Of a stretch of 64,000 nucleotides of DNA, positions 25,877 through 40,800 are shown in pieces. Each line of letters starts with the position of its first letter. Within the stretch, counting starts at the first letter, position 1. The DNA comes from Eledone cirrhosa. Lineage: Eukaryota. The position numbers and the translations under genes were made by a program. The stretch is taken from NCBI GenBank assembly GCA_964016885.1, contig OZ024747.1:65286001-65350000 (forward strand). Direction: 5' to 3'. Under the pieces are notes generated by a model. That model did not search any database. It saw only the letters and a list, made by a program, of their open reading frames with translations, and was not told the DNA's origin.

Positions 25877-28800
25877 TTAATCAGAGAGGGAAGGTCATTA
25901 CTGATGACATTTAGTCAGAGGGGCAAGGTCGCTGCACATGACCTTTAGTCAGAGAGGCAAGACCTTTAGTCAGAGAGGGATGGTTGTTATACACATGACC
26001 TTTAGTCAGGGAGGGAAGGGCAACACATATGACCTGTAGTCAGAGAAGGAAGGTTGCTACACATGACCTGTAGTCAGAGAAGGAAGGTTGCTACACATGA
26101 CCTGTAATCAGGGAGGGAAGGGCAGCACACATGACCTTTAGTCAGGGAGGGAAGGGCAACACATATGACCTGTAGTCAGAGAAGGAAGGTTGCTACACAT
26201 GACCTGTAGTCAGAGAAGGAAGGTTGCTACACATGACCTGTAATCAGGGAGGGAAGGGCAGCACACATGACCTGTAATCAGGGAGGGAAGGGCAGCACAC
26301 ATGACCTGTAATCAGGGAGGGAAGGGCAGCACACATGACCTGTAATCAGGGAGGGAAGGGCAGCACACATGACCTGTAGTCAGGGAGGGAAGGGCAGCAC
26401 ACATGACCTGTAATCAGGGAGGGAAGGGCAGCACATATGACCTGTAGTCAGGGAGGGAAGGGCAGCACACATGACTTGTAGTCAGGGAGGGAAGGGCAGC
26501 ACACATGACTTGTAGTCAGGGAGGGAAGGGCAGCACACATGACCTGTAGTCAGAGAGGGAAGGGCAGCACACATGACCTGTAGTCAGGGAGGGGAGGGCA
26601 GCACACATGACCTGTAGTCAGGGAGGGAAGGGCAGCACACATGACCTGTAGTCAGGGAGGGAAGGGCAGCACACATGACCTGTAGTCAGAGAAGGAAGGT
26701 TGCTACACATGACCTGTAATCAGGGAGGGAAGGGCAGCACACATGACCTGTAGTCAGGGAGGGGAGGGCAGCACACATGACCTGTAGTCAGGGAGGGAAG
26801 GGCAGCACACATGACCTGTAGTCAGGGAGGGAAGGGCAGCACACATGACCTGTAGTCAGGGAGAGAAGGGCAGCACACATGACCTGTAGTCAGGGAGGGA
26901 AGGGCAGCACACATGACCTGTAATCAGGGAGGGAAGAGCAGCACACATGACCTGTAATCAGGGAGGGAAGGGCAGCACACATGACCTGTAATCAGGGAGG
27001 GAAGGGCAGCACACATGACCTGTAGTCAGGGAGGGAAGGGCAGCACACATGACCTGTAGTCAGGGAGGGAAGGGCAGCACACATGACCTGTAGTCAGGGA
27101 GGGAAGGGCAGCACACATGACCTGTAATCAGGGAGGGAAGGGCAGCACACATGACCTGTAATCAGGGAGGGAAGGGCAGCACACATGACCTGTAATCAGG
27201 GAGGGAAGGGCAGCACACATGACCTGTAATCAGGGAGGGAAGGGCAGCACACATGACCTGTAGTCAGGGAGGGAAGGGCAGCACACATGACCTGTAGTCA
27301 GGGAGGGAAGGGCAGCACACATGACCTGTAGTCAGAGAAGGAAGGTTGCTACACATGACCTGTAATCAGGGAGGGAAGGGCAGCACACATGACCTGTAAT
27401 CAGGGAGGGGAGGGCAGCACACATGACCTGTAATCAGGGAGGGAAGGGCAGCACACATGACCTGTAGTCAGGGAGGGAAGGGCAGCACACATGATCTGTA
27501 AGCAGGGAGGGAAGGGCAGCACACATGACCTGTAGTCAGGGAGGGAAGGGCAGCACACATGACCTGTAGTCAGGGAGGGAAGGGCAGCACACATGACCTG
27601 TAATCAGGGAGAGAAGGGCAGCACACATGACTTGTAGTCAGGGAGGGAAGGGCAGCACACATGACCTGTAGTCAGGGAGGGAAGGGCAGCACACATGACC
27701 TGTAGTCAGGGAGGGAAGGGCAGCACACATGACCTGTAGTCAGAGAAGGAAGGTTGCTACACATGACCTGTAATCAGGGAGGGAAGGGCAGCACACATGA
27801 CCTGTAGTCAGAGAGGGAAGGGCAGCACACATGACCTGTAGTCAGGGAGGGAAGGGCAGCACATGACCTGTAGTCAGGGAGGGAAGGGCAACACATGACC
27901 TGTAGTCAGGGAGGGAAAGGCAGCACACATGACCTGTAGTCAGGGAGGGAAGGGCAGCACACATGACCTGTAATCAGGGAGGGAAGGGCAGCACACATGA
28001 CCTGTAATCAGGGAGGGAAGGGCAGCACACATGACCTGTAGTCAGGGAGGGAAGGGCAGCACACATGACCTGTAGTCAGGGAGGGAAGGGCAGCACATAT
28101 GACCTGTAATCAGGGAGGGAAGGGCAGCACACATGACCTGTAATCAGGGAGGGAAGGGCAGCACACATGACCTGTAGTCAGGGAGGGAAGGGCAGCACAC
28201 ATGACCTGTAATCAGGGAGGGAAGGGCAGCACACATGACCTGTAATCAGGGAGGGAAGGGCAGCACACATGACCTGTAATCAGGGAGGGAAGGGCAGCAC
28301 ACATGACCTGTAATCAGGGAGGGAAGGGCAGCACACATGACCTGTAATCAGGGAGGGAAGGGCAGCACACATGACCTGTAATCAGGGAGGGAAGGGCAGC
28401 ACACATGACCTGTAGTCAGGGAGGGAAGGGCAGCACACATGATCTGTAAGCAGGGAGGGAAGGGCAGCACACATGACCTGTAGTCAGGGAGGGAAGGGCA
28501 GCACACATGACCTGTAATCAGGGAGGGAAGGGCAGCACACATGACCTGTAGTCAGGGAGGGAAGGGCAGCACACATGACCTGTAGTCAGGGAGGGAAGAG
28601 CACCACACAAGACCTGTAATCAGGGAGGGAAGGGCAGCACACATGACCTGTAGTCAGGGAGGGAAGGGCAGCACACATGATCTGTAGTCAGGGAGGGAAG
28701 GGCAACACATGACCTGTAATCAGGGAGGGAAGGGCAGCACACATGACCTGTAGTCAGGGAGGGAAGGGCAGCACACATGATCTGTAAGCAGGGAGGGAAG

Positions 28801-31800
28801 GGCAGCACACATGACCTGTAGTCAGGGAGGGAAGGGCAGCACACGTGACCTGTAATCAGGGAGGGAAGGGCAACACATGACCTGTAATCAGGGAGGGAAG
28901 GGCAGCACACATGACCTGTAGTCAGGGAGGGAAGGGCAGCACACATAACCTGTATTCAGGGAGGGAAGGGCAGCACACATGACCTGTAGTCAGGGAGGGA
29001 AGGGCAGCACACATGACCTGTAGTCAGGGAGGGAAGGGCAGCACACATGACCTGTAGTCAGGGAGGGAAGGGCAGCACACATGACCTGTAGTCAGGGAGG
29101 GAAGAGCACCACACAAGACCTGTAATCAGGGAGGGAAGGGCAGCACACATGACCTGTAGTCAGGGAGGGAAGGGCAGCACACATGATCTGTAGTCAGGGA
29201 GGGAAGGGCAGCACACATGACCTGTAGTCAGGGAGGGAAGGGCAGCACACATGACCTGTAATCAGGGAGGGAAGGGCAGCACACATGACCTGTAGTCAGG
29301 GAGGGAAGGGCAGCACACATGATCTGTAAGCAGGGAGGGAAGGGCAGCACACATGATCTGTAATCAGGGAGGGAAGGGCAGCACACATGACCTGTAATCA
29401 GGGAGGGAAGGGCAGCACACATGACCTGTAGTCAGGGAGGGAAGGGCAGCACACATGACCTGTAGTCAGGGAGGGAAGGGCAACACATGACCTGTAATCA
29501 GGGAGGGAAGGGCAACACATGACCTGTAATCAGGGAGGGAAGGGCAGCACACATGACCTGTAATCAGGGAGGGAAGGGCAGCACACATGACCTGTAGTCA
29601 GGGAGGGAAGGGCAGCACACATGACCTGTAGTCAGGGAGGGAAGGGCAACACATGACCTGTAATCAGGGAGGGAAGGGCAACACATGACCTGTAATCAGG
29701 GAGGGAAGGGCAGCACACATGACCTGTAATCAGGGAGGGAAGGGCAGCACACATGACCTGTAGTCAGGGAGGGAAGGGCAGCACACATGACCTGTAGTCA
29801 GGGAGGGAAGGGCAGCACACATGACCTGTAGTCAGGGAGGGAAGGGCAGCACACATGACCTGTAGTCAGGGAGGGAAGGGCAGCACACATGACCTGTAAT
29901 CAGGGAGGGAAGGGCAGCACACATGACCTGTAATCAGGGAGGGAAGGGCAGCACACATGACCTGTAATCAGGGAGGGAAGGGCAGCACACATGACCTGTA
30001 ATCAGGGAGGGAAGGGCAGCACACATGACCTGTAGTCAGGGAGGGAAGGGCAGCACACATGACCTGTAGTCAGGGAGGCAAGGGCAGCACACATGACCTG
30101 TAATCAGGGAGGGAAGGGCAGCACACATGACCTGTAATCAGGGAGGGAAGGGCAGCACACATGACCTGTAATCAGGGAGGGAAGGGCAGCACACATGACC
30201 TGTAGTCAGGGAGGGAAGGGCAGCACACATGACCTGTAATCAGGGAGGGAAGGGCAGCACACATGACCTGTAATCAGGGAGGGAAGGGCAGCACACATGA
30301 CCTGTAGTCAGGGAGGGAAGGGCAGCACACATGACCTGTAGTCAGGCAGGGAAGGGCAGCACACATGACCTGTAATCAGGGAGGGAAGGGCAGCACACAT
30401 GACCTGTAGTCAGGGAGGGAAGGGCAGCACACATGATCTGTAAGCAGGGAGGGAAGGGCAGCACACATGACCTGTAGTCAGGGAGGGAAGGGCAGCACAC
30501 ATGACCTGTAGTCAGGGAGGGAAGGGCAGCACACATGACCTGTAATCAGGGAGAGAAGGGCAGCACACATGACTTGTAGTCAGGGAGGGAAGGGCAGCAC
30601 ACATGACCTGTAGTCAGGGAGGGAAGGGCAGCACACATGACCTGTAATCAGGGAGGGAAGGGCAGCACACATGACCTGTAGTCAGGGAGGGAAGGGCAGC
30701 ACACATGACCTGTAGTCAGGGAGGGAAGGGCAGCACACATGACCTGTAATCAGGGAGGGAAGGGCAGCACACATGACTTGTAGTCAGGGAGGGAAGGGCA
30801 GCACACATGACCTGTAGTCAGGGAGGGAAGGGCAGCACACATGACCTGTAATCAGGGAGGGAAGGGCAGCACACATGACCTGTAATCAGGGAGGGAAGGG
30901 CAGCACACATGACCTGTAGTCAGGGAGGGAAGGGCAGCACACGTGACCTGTAATCAGGGAGGGAAGGGCAACACATGACCTGTAATCAGGGAGGGAAGGG
31001 CAGCACTCACGACCTGTAGTCAGGGAGGGAAGGGCAGCACACATGACCTGTAGTCAGGGAGGGAAGGGCAGCACACATGACCTGTAATCAGGGAGGGAAG
31101 GGCAACACACATGACCTGTAGTCAGGGAGGGAAGGGCAGCACACATGACCTGTAATCAGGGAGGGAAGGGCAGCACACATGACCTGTAGTCAGAGAAGGA
31201 AGGGCAGCACACATGACCTGTAGTCAGGGAGGGAAGGGCAGCACACGTGACCTGTAATCAGGGAGGGAAGGGCAACACATGACCTGTAATCAGGGAGGGA
31301 AGGGCAGCACACATGACCTGTAGTCAGGGAGGGAAGGGCAGCACACATGACCTGTAGTCAGGGAGGGAAGGGCAGCACACATGACCTGTAGTCAGGGAGG
31401 GAAGGGCAGCACACATGACCTGTAATCAGGGAGGGAAGGGCAGCACACATGACCTGTAATCAGGGAGGGAAGGGCAGCACACATGACCTGTAGTCAGGGA
31501 GGGAAGGGCAGCACACATGATCTGTAAGCAGGGAGGGAAGGGCAGCACACATGACCTGTAATCAGGGAGGGAAGGGCAGCACACATGACCTGTAGTCAGG
31601 GAGGGAAGGGCAACACACATGACCTGTAGTCAGGGAGGGAAGGGCAGCACACATGACCTGTAATCAGGGAGGGAAGGGCAGCACACATGACCTGTAGTCA
31701 GGGAGGGAAGGGCAGCACACGTGACCTGTAATCAGGGAGGGAAGGGCAGCACACATGACCTGTAGTCAGGGAGGGAAGGGCAGCACACGTGACCTGTAAT

Positions 31801-34800
31801 CAGGGAGGGAAGGGCAACACATGACCTGTAATCAGGGAGGGAAGGGCAACACACATGACCTGTAGTCAGGGAGGGAAGGGCAGCACACATGACCTGTAAT
31901 CAGGGAGGGAAGGGCAGCACACATGACCTGTAGTCAGGGAGGGAAGGGCAGCACACATGACCTGTAATCAGGGAGGGAAGGGCAACACATGACCTGTAGT
32001 CAGGGAGGGAAGGGCAACACACATGACCTGTAGTCAGGGAGGGAAGGGCAGCACACATGACCTGTAATCAGGGAGGGAAGGGCAGCACACATGACCTGTA
32101 GTCAGGGAGGGAAGGGCAGCACACGTGACCTGTAATCAGGGAGGGAAGGGCAACACATGACCTGTAATCAGGGAGGGAAGGGCAGCACACATGACCTGTA
32201 GTCAGGGAGGGAAGGGCAGCACACATGACCTGTAGTCAGGGAGGGAAGGGCAGCACACATGACCTGTAGTCAGGGAGGGAAGGGCAGCACACATGACCTG
32301 TAGTCAGGGAGGGAAGGGCAGCACACATGACCTGTAATCAGGGAGGGAAGGGCAGCACACATGACCTGTAGTCAGGGAGGGAAGGGCAGCACACATGATC
32401 TGTAAGCAGGGAGGGAAGGGCAGCACACATGACCTGTAGTCAGGGAGGGAAGGGCAGCACACATGACCTGTAGTCAGGGAGGGAAGGGCAGCACACATGA
32501 CCTGTAGTCAGGGAGGGAAGGGCAGCACACATGACCTGTAATCAGGGAGGGAAGGGCAGCACACATGACTTATAGTCAGGGAGGGAAGGGCAGCACACAT
32601 GACCTGTAGTCAGGGAGGGAAGGGCAGCACACATGACCTGTAATCAGGGAGGGAAGGGCAGCACACATGACCTGTAGTCAGGGAGGGAAGGGCAGCACAC
32701 ATGACCTGTAGTCAGGGAGGGAAGGGAGCACACATGACCTGTAATCAGGGAGGGAAGGGCAGCACACATGACCTGTAGTCAGGGAGGGAAGGGCAGCACA
32801 CATGACCTGTAATCAGGGAGGGAAGGGCAGCACACATGACTTGTAGTCAGGGAGGGAAGGGCAGCACACATGACCTGTAATCAGGGAGGGAAGGGCAGCA
32901 CACATGACCTGTAATCAGGGAGGGAAGGGCAGCACACATGACCTGTAATCAGGGCGGGAAGGGCAGCACACATGACCTGTAATCAGGGAGGGAAGGGCAG
33001 CACACATGACCTGTAATCAGGGAGGGAAGGGCAGCACACATGACCTGTAATCAGGGAGGGAAGGGCAGCACACATTACCTGTAATCAGGGAGGGAAGGGC
33101 AGCACACATGACCTGTAGTCAGGGAGGGAAGGGCAGCACACATGACCTGTAGTCAGGGAGGGAAGGGCAACACATGACCTGTAATCAGGGAGGGAAGGGC
33201 AACACATGACCTGTAATCAGGGAGAGAAGGGCAGCACACATGACCTGTAATCAGGGAGGGAAGGGCAGCACACATGACCTGTAATCAGGGAGGGAAGGGC
33301 AGCACACATGACCTGTAGTCAGGGAGGGAAGGGCAACACATGACCTGTAATCAGGGAGGGAAGGGCAACACATGACCTGTAATCAGGGAGGGAAGGGCAG
33401 CACACATGACCTGTAATCAGGGAGGGAAGGGCAGCACACATGACCTGTAGTCAGGGAGGGAAGGGCAGCACACATGACCTGTAGTCAGGGAGGGAAGGGC
33501 AGCACACATGACCTGTAATCAGGGAGGGAAGGGCAGCACACATGACTTGTAGTCAGGGAGGGAAGGGCAGCACACATGACCTGTAGTCAGGGAGGGAAGG
33601 GCAGCACACATGATCTGTAGTCAGGGAGGGAAGGGCAGCACACATGACCTGTAATCAGGGAGGGAAGGGCAGCACACATGACTTGTAGTCAGGGAGGGAA
33701 GGGCAGCACACATGACCTGTAGTCAGGGAGGGAAGGGCAGCACACATGACCTGTAATCAGGGAGGGAAGGGCAGCACACATGACCTGTAATCAGGGAGGG
33801 AAGGGCAGCACACATGACCTGTAGTCAGGGAGGGAAGGGCAGCACACGTGACCTGTAATCAGGGAGGGAAGGGCAACACATGACCTGTAATCAGGGAGGG
33901 AAGGGCAGCACTCATGACCTGTAGTCAGGGAGGGAAGGGCAGCACACATGACCTGTAATCAGGGAGGGAAGGGCAGCACACATGACCTGTAGTCAGGGAG
34001 GGAAAGGCAGCACACATGACCTGTAGTCAGGGAGGGAAGGGCAGCACACATGACCTGTAGTCAGGGAGGGAAGGGCAGCACACATGACCTGTAATCAGGG
34101 AGGGAAGGGCAACACATGACCTGTAATCAGGGAGGGAAGGGCAACACACGTGACCTGTAGTCAGGGAGGGAAGGGCAGCACACATGACCTGTAATCAGGG
34201 AGGGAAGGGCAGCACACATGACCTGTAGTCAGGGAGGGAAGGGCAGCACACGTGACCTGTAATCAGGGAGGGAAGGGCAACACATGACCTGTAATCAGGG
34301 AGGGAAGGGCAGCACACATGACCTGTAGTCAGGGAGGGAAGGGCAGCACACATGACCTGTAGTCAGGGAGGGAAGGGCAGCACACATGACCTGTAGTCAG
34401 GGAGGGAAGGGCAGCACACATGACCTGTAGTCAGGGAGGGAAGGGCAGCACACATGACCTGTAATCAGGGAGGGAAGGGCAGCACACATGACCTGTAGTC
34501 AGGGAGGGAAGGGCAACACATGACCTGTAATCAGGGAGAGAAGGGCAGCACACATGACCTGTAATCAGGGAGGGAAGGGCAGCACACATGACCTGTAATC
34601 AGGGAGGGAAGGGCAGCACACATGACCTTTAGTCAGGGAGGGAAGGGCAACACATGACCTGTAATCAGGGAGGGAAGGGCAACACATGACCTGTAATCAG
34701 GGAGGGAAGGGCAGCACACATGACCTGTAATCAGGGAGGGAAGGGCAGCACACATGACCTGTAGTCAGGGAGGGAAGGGCAGCACACATGACCTGTAGTC

Positions 34801-37800
34801 AGGGAGGGAAGGGCAGCACACATGACCTGTAATCAGGGAGGGAAGGGCAGCACACATGACTTGTAGTCAGGGAGGGAAGGGCAGCACACATGACCTGTAG
34901 TCAGGGAGGGAAGGGCAGCACACATGATCTGTAGTCAGGGAGGGAAGGGCAGCACACATGACCTGTAATCAGGGAGGGAAGGGCAGCACACATGACTTGT
35001 AGTCAGGGAGGGAAGGGCAGCACACATGACCTGTAGTCAGGGAGGGAAGGGCAGCACACATGACCTGTAATCAAGGAGGGAAGGGCAGCACACATGACCT
35101 GTAATCAGGGAGGGAAGGGCAGCACACATGACCTGTAGTCAGGGAGGGAAGGGCAGCACACGTGACCTGTAATCAGGGAGGGAAGGGCAACACATGACCT
35201 GTAATCAGGGAGGGAAGGGCAGCACTCATGACCTGTAGTCAGGGAGGGAAGGGCAGCACACATGACCTGTAGTCAGGGAGGGAAGGGCAGCACACATGAC
35301 CTGTAATCAGGGAGGGAAGGGCAACACACATGACCTGTAGTCAGGGAGGGAAGGGCAGCACACATGACCTGTAATCAGGGAGGGAAGGGCAGCACACATG
35401 ACCTGTAGTCAGGGAGGGAAGGGCAGCACACGTGACCTGTAATCAGGGAGGGAAGGGCAACACATGACCTGTAATCAGGGAGGGAAGGGCAGCACACATG
35501 ACCTGTAGTCAGGGAGGGAAAGGCAGCACACATGACCTGTAGTCAGGGAGGGAAGGGCAGCACACATGACCTGTAGTCAGGGAGGGAAGGGCAGCACACA
35601 TGACCTGTAATCAGGGAGGGAAGGGCAACACATGACCTGTAATCAGGGAGGGAAGGGCAACACACGTGACCTGTAGTCAGGGAGGGAAGGGCAGCACACA
35701 TGACCTGTAATCAGGGAGGGAAGGGCAGCACACATGACCTGTAGTCAGGGAGGGAAGGGCAGCACACGTGACCTGTAATCAGGGAGGGAAGGGCAACACA
35801 TGACCTGTAATCAGGGAGGGAAGGGCAGCACACATGACCTGTAGTCAGGGAGGGAAGGGCAGCACACATGACCTGTAGTCAGGGAGGGAAGGGCAGCACA
35901 CATGACCTGTAGTCAGGGAGGGAAGGGCAGCACACATGACCTGTAATCAGGGAGGGAAGGGCAGCACACATGACCTGTAGTCAGGGAGGGAAGGGCAGCA
36001 CACATGATCTGTAAGCAGGGAGGGAAGGGCAGCACACATGACCTGTAGTCAGGGAGGGAAGGGCAGCACACATGACCTGTAGTCAGGGAGGGAAGGGCAG
36101 CACACATGACTTGTAGTCAGGGAGGGAAGGGCAACACACGTGACCTGTAATCAGGGAGGGAAGGGCAGCACACATGACCTGTAATCAGGGAGGGAAGGGC
36201 AGCACACATGACCTGTAGTCAGGGAGGGAAGGGCAGCACACATGACCTGTAATCAAGGAGGGAAGGGCAGCACACATGACCTGTAATCAGGGAGGGAAGG
36301 GCAGCACACATGACTTGTAGTCAGGGAGGGAAGGGCAGCACACATGACCTGTAGTCAGGGAGGGAAGGGCAGCACACATGACCTGTAGTCAGGGAGGGAA
36401 GGGCAACACATGACCTGTAATCAGGGAGGGAAGGGCAACACATGACCTGTAATCAGGGAGAGAAGGGCAGCACACATGACCTGTAATCAGGGAGGGAAGG
36501 GCAGCACACATGACCTGTAATCAGGGAATGAAGGGCAGCACACATGACCTTTAGTCAGGGAGGGAAGGGCAACACATGACCTGTAATCAGGGAGGGAAGG
36601 GCAACACATGACCTGTAATCAGGGAGGGAAGGGCAGCACACATGACCTGTAATCAGGGAGGGAAGGGCAGCACACATGACCTGTAGTCAGGGAGGGAAGG
36701 GCAGCACACATGACCTGTAGTCAGGGAGGGAAGGGCAGCACACATGACCTGTAGTCAGGGAGGGAAGGGCAGCACACATGACCTGTAGTCAGGGAGGGAA
36801 GGGCAGCACACATGACCTGTAGTCAGGGAGGGAAGGGCAGCACACATGACCTGTAGTCAGGGAGGGAAGGGCAGCACACATGACCTGTAATCAGGGAGGG
36901 AAGGGCAGCACACATGACCTGTAGTCAGGGAGGGAAGGGCAGCACACATGACCTGTAGTCAGGGAGGGAAGGGCAGCACACATGACCTGTAGTCAGGGAG
37001 GGAAGGGCAGCACACATGACCTGTAATCAGGGAGGGAAGGGCAGCACACATGACTTGTAGTCAGGGAGGGAAGGGCAGCACACATGACCTGTAGTCAGGG
37101 AGGGAAGGGCAGCACACATGACCTGTAATCAGGGAGGGAAGGGCAGCACACATGACCTGTAGTCAGGGAGGGAAGGGCAGCACACATGACCTGTAGTCAG
37201 GGAGGGAAGGGAGCACACATGACCTGTAATCAGGGAGGGAAGGGCAGCACACATGACTTGTAGTCAGGGAGGGAAGGGCAGCACACATGACCTGTAGTCA
37301 GGGAGGGAAGGGCAGCACACATGACCTGTAATCAGGGAGGGAAGGGCAGCACACATGACCTGTAATCAGGGAGGGAAGGGCAGCACACATGACCTGTAAT
37401 CAGGGAGGGAAGGGCAGCACACATGACCTGTAATCAGGGAGGGAAGGGCAGCACACATGACCTGTAGTCAGGGAGGGAAGGGCAGCACACATGACCTGTA
37501 GTCAGAGAAGGAAGGGCAGCACACATGACCTGTAATCAGGGAGGGAAGGGCAGCACACATGACCTGTAGTCAGGGAGGGAAGGGCAGCACACATGACCTG
37601 TAGTCAGGGAGGGAAGGGCAACACATGACCTGTAATCAGGGAGGGAAGGGCAACACATGACCTGTAATCAGGGAGAGAAGGGCAGCACACATGACCTGTA
37701 ATCAGGGAGGGAAGGGCAGCACACATGACCTGTAATCAGGGAGGGAAGGGCAGCACACATGACCTTTAGTCAGGGAGGGAAGGGCAACACATGACCTGTA

Positions 37801-40800
37801 ATCAGGGAGGGAAGGGCAACACATGACCTGTAATCAGGGAGGGAAGGGCAGCACACATGACCTGTAATCAGGGAGGGAAGGGCAGCACACATGACCTGTA
37901 GTCAGGGAGGGAAGGGCAGCACACATGACCTGTAGTCAGGGAGGGAAGGGCAGCACACATGACCTGTAATCAGGGAGGGAAGGGCAGCACACATGACTTG
38001 TAGTCAGGGAGGGAAGGGCAGCACACATGACCTGTAGTCAGGGAGGGAAGGGCAGCACACATGATCTGTAGTCAGGGAGGGAAGGGCAGCACACATGACC
38101 TGTAATCAGGGAGGGAAGGGCAGCACACATGACTTGTAGTCAGGGAGGGAAGGGCAGCACACATGACCTGTAGTCAGGGAGGGAAGGGCAGCACACATGA
38201 CCTGTAATCAGGGAGGGAAGGGCAGCACACATGACCTGTAATCAGGGAGGGAAGGGCAGCACACATGACCTGTAGTCAGGGAGGGAAGGGCAGCACACGT
38301 GACCTGTAATCAGGGAGGGAAGGGCAACACATGACCTGTAATCAGGGAGGGAAGGGCAGCACTCATGACCTGTAGTCAGGGAGGGAAGGGCAGCACACAT
38401 GACCTGTAGTCAGGGAGGGAAGGGCAGCACACATGACCTGTAATCAGGGAGGGAAAGGCAACACATGACCTGTAATCAGGGAGGGAAGGGCAACACATGA
38501 CCTGTAATCAGGGAGGGAAGGGCAGCACACATGACTTGTAGTCAGGGAGGGAAGGGCAGCACACATGACCTGTAGTCAGGGAGGGAAGGGCAGCACACAT
38601 GACCTGTAATCAGGGAGGGAAGGGCAGCACACATGACCTGTAGTCAGGGAGGGAAAGGCAGCACACATGACCTGTAGTCAGGGAGGGAAGGGCAGCACAC
38701 ATGACCTGTAGTCAGGGAGGGAAGGGCAGCACACATGACCTGTAATCAGGGAGGGAAGGGCAACACATGACCTGTAATCAGGGAGGGAAGGGCAACACAC
38801 GTGACCTGTAGTCAGGGAGGGAAGGGCAGCACACATGACCTGTAATCAGGGAGGGAAGGGCAGCACACATGACCTGTAGTCAGGGAGGGAAGGGCAGCAC
38901 ACATGACCTGTAATCAGGGAGGGAAGGGCAGCACACATGACCTGTAGTCAGGGAGGGAAAGGCAGCACACATGACCTGTAGTCAGGGAGGGAAGGGCAGC
39001 ACACATGACCTGTAGTCAGGGAGGGAAGGGCAGCACACATGACCTGTAATCAGGGAGGGAAGGGCAACACATGACCTGTAATCAGGGAGGGAAGGGCAAC
39101 ACACGTGACCTGTAGTCAGGGAGGGAAGGGCAGCACACATGACCTGTAATCAGGGAGGGAAGGGCAGCACACATGACCTGTAGTCAGGGAGGGAAGGGCA
39201 GCACACGTGACCTGTAATCAGGGAGGGAAGGGCAACACATGACCTGTAATCAGGGAGGGAAGGGCAGCACACATGACCTGTAGTCAGGGAGGGAAGGGCA
39301 GCACACATGACCTGTAGTCAGGGAGGGAAGGGCAGCACACATGACCTGTAGTCAGGGAGGGAAGGGCAGCACACATGACCTGTAGTCAGGGAGGGAAGGG
39401 CAGCACACATGACCTGTAATCAGGGAGGGAAGGGCAGCACACATGACCTGTAGTCAGGGAGGGAAGGGCAACACATGACCTGTAATCAGGGAGAGAAGGG
39501 CAGCACACATGACCTGTAATCAGGGAGGGAAGGGCAGCACACATGACCTGTAATCAGGGAGGGAAGGGCAGCACACATGACCTTTAGTCAGGGAGGGAAG
39601 GGCAACACATGACCTGTAATCAGGGAGGGAAGGGCAACACATGTCCTGTAATCAGGGAGGGAAGGGCAGCACACATGACCTGTAATCAGGGAGGGAAGGG
39701 CAGCACACATGACCTGTAGTCAGGGAGGGAAGGGCAGCACACATGACCTGTAGTCAGGGAGGGAAGGGCAGCACACATGACCTGTAATCAGGGAGGGAAG
39801 GGCAGCACACATGACTTGTAGTCAGGGAGGGAAGGGCAGCACACATGACCTGTAGTCAGGGAGGGAAGGGCAGCACACATGATCTGTAGTCAGGGAGGGA
39901 AGGGCAGCACACATGACCTGTAATCAGGGAGGGAAGGGCAGCACACATGACTTGTAGTCAGGGAGGGAAGGGCAGCACACATGACCTGTAGTCAGGGAGG
40001 GAAGGGCAGCACACATGACCTGTAATCAGGGAGGGAAGGGCAGCACACATGACCTGTAATCAGGGAGGGAAGGGCAGCACACATGACCTGTAGTCAGGGA
40101 GGGAAGGGCAGCACACGTGACCTGTAATCAGGGAGGGAAGGGCAACACATGACCTGTAATCAGGGAGGGAAGGGCAGCACACATGACCTGTAGTCAGGGA
40201 GGGAAAGGCAGCACACATGACCTGTAGTCAGGGAGGGAAGGGCAGCACACATGACCTGTAGTCAGGGAGGGAAGGGCAGCACACATGACCTGTAATCAGG
40301 GAGGGAAGGGCAACACATGACCTGTAATCAGGGAGGGAAGGGCAACACACGTGACCTGTAGTCAGGGAGGGAAGGGCAGCACACATGACCTGTAATCAGG
40401 GAGGGAAGGGCAGCACACATGACCTGTAGTCAGGGAGGGAAGGGCAGCACACGTGACCTGTAATCAGGGAGGGAAGGGCAACACATGACCTGTAATCAGG
40501 GAGGGAAGGGCAGCACACATGACCTGTAGTCAGGGAGGGAAGGGCAGCACACAAGACCTGTAGTCAGGGAGGGAAGGGCAGCACACATGACCTGTAGTCA
40601 GGGAGGGAAGGGCAGCACACATGACCTGTAGTCAGGGAGGGAAGGGCAGCACACATGACCTGTAATCAGGGAGGGAAGGGCAGCACACATGACCTGTAGT
40701 CAGGGAGGGAAGGGCAGCACACATGATCTGTAAGCAGGGAGGGAAGGGCAGCACACATGACCTGTAGTCAGGGAGGGAAGGGCAGCACACATGACCTGTA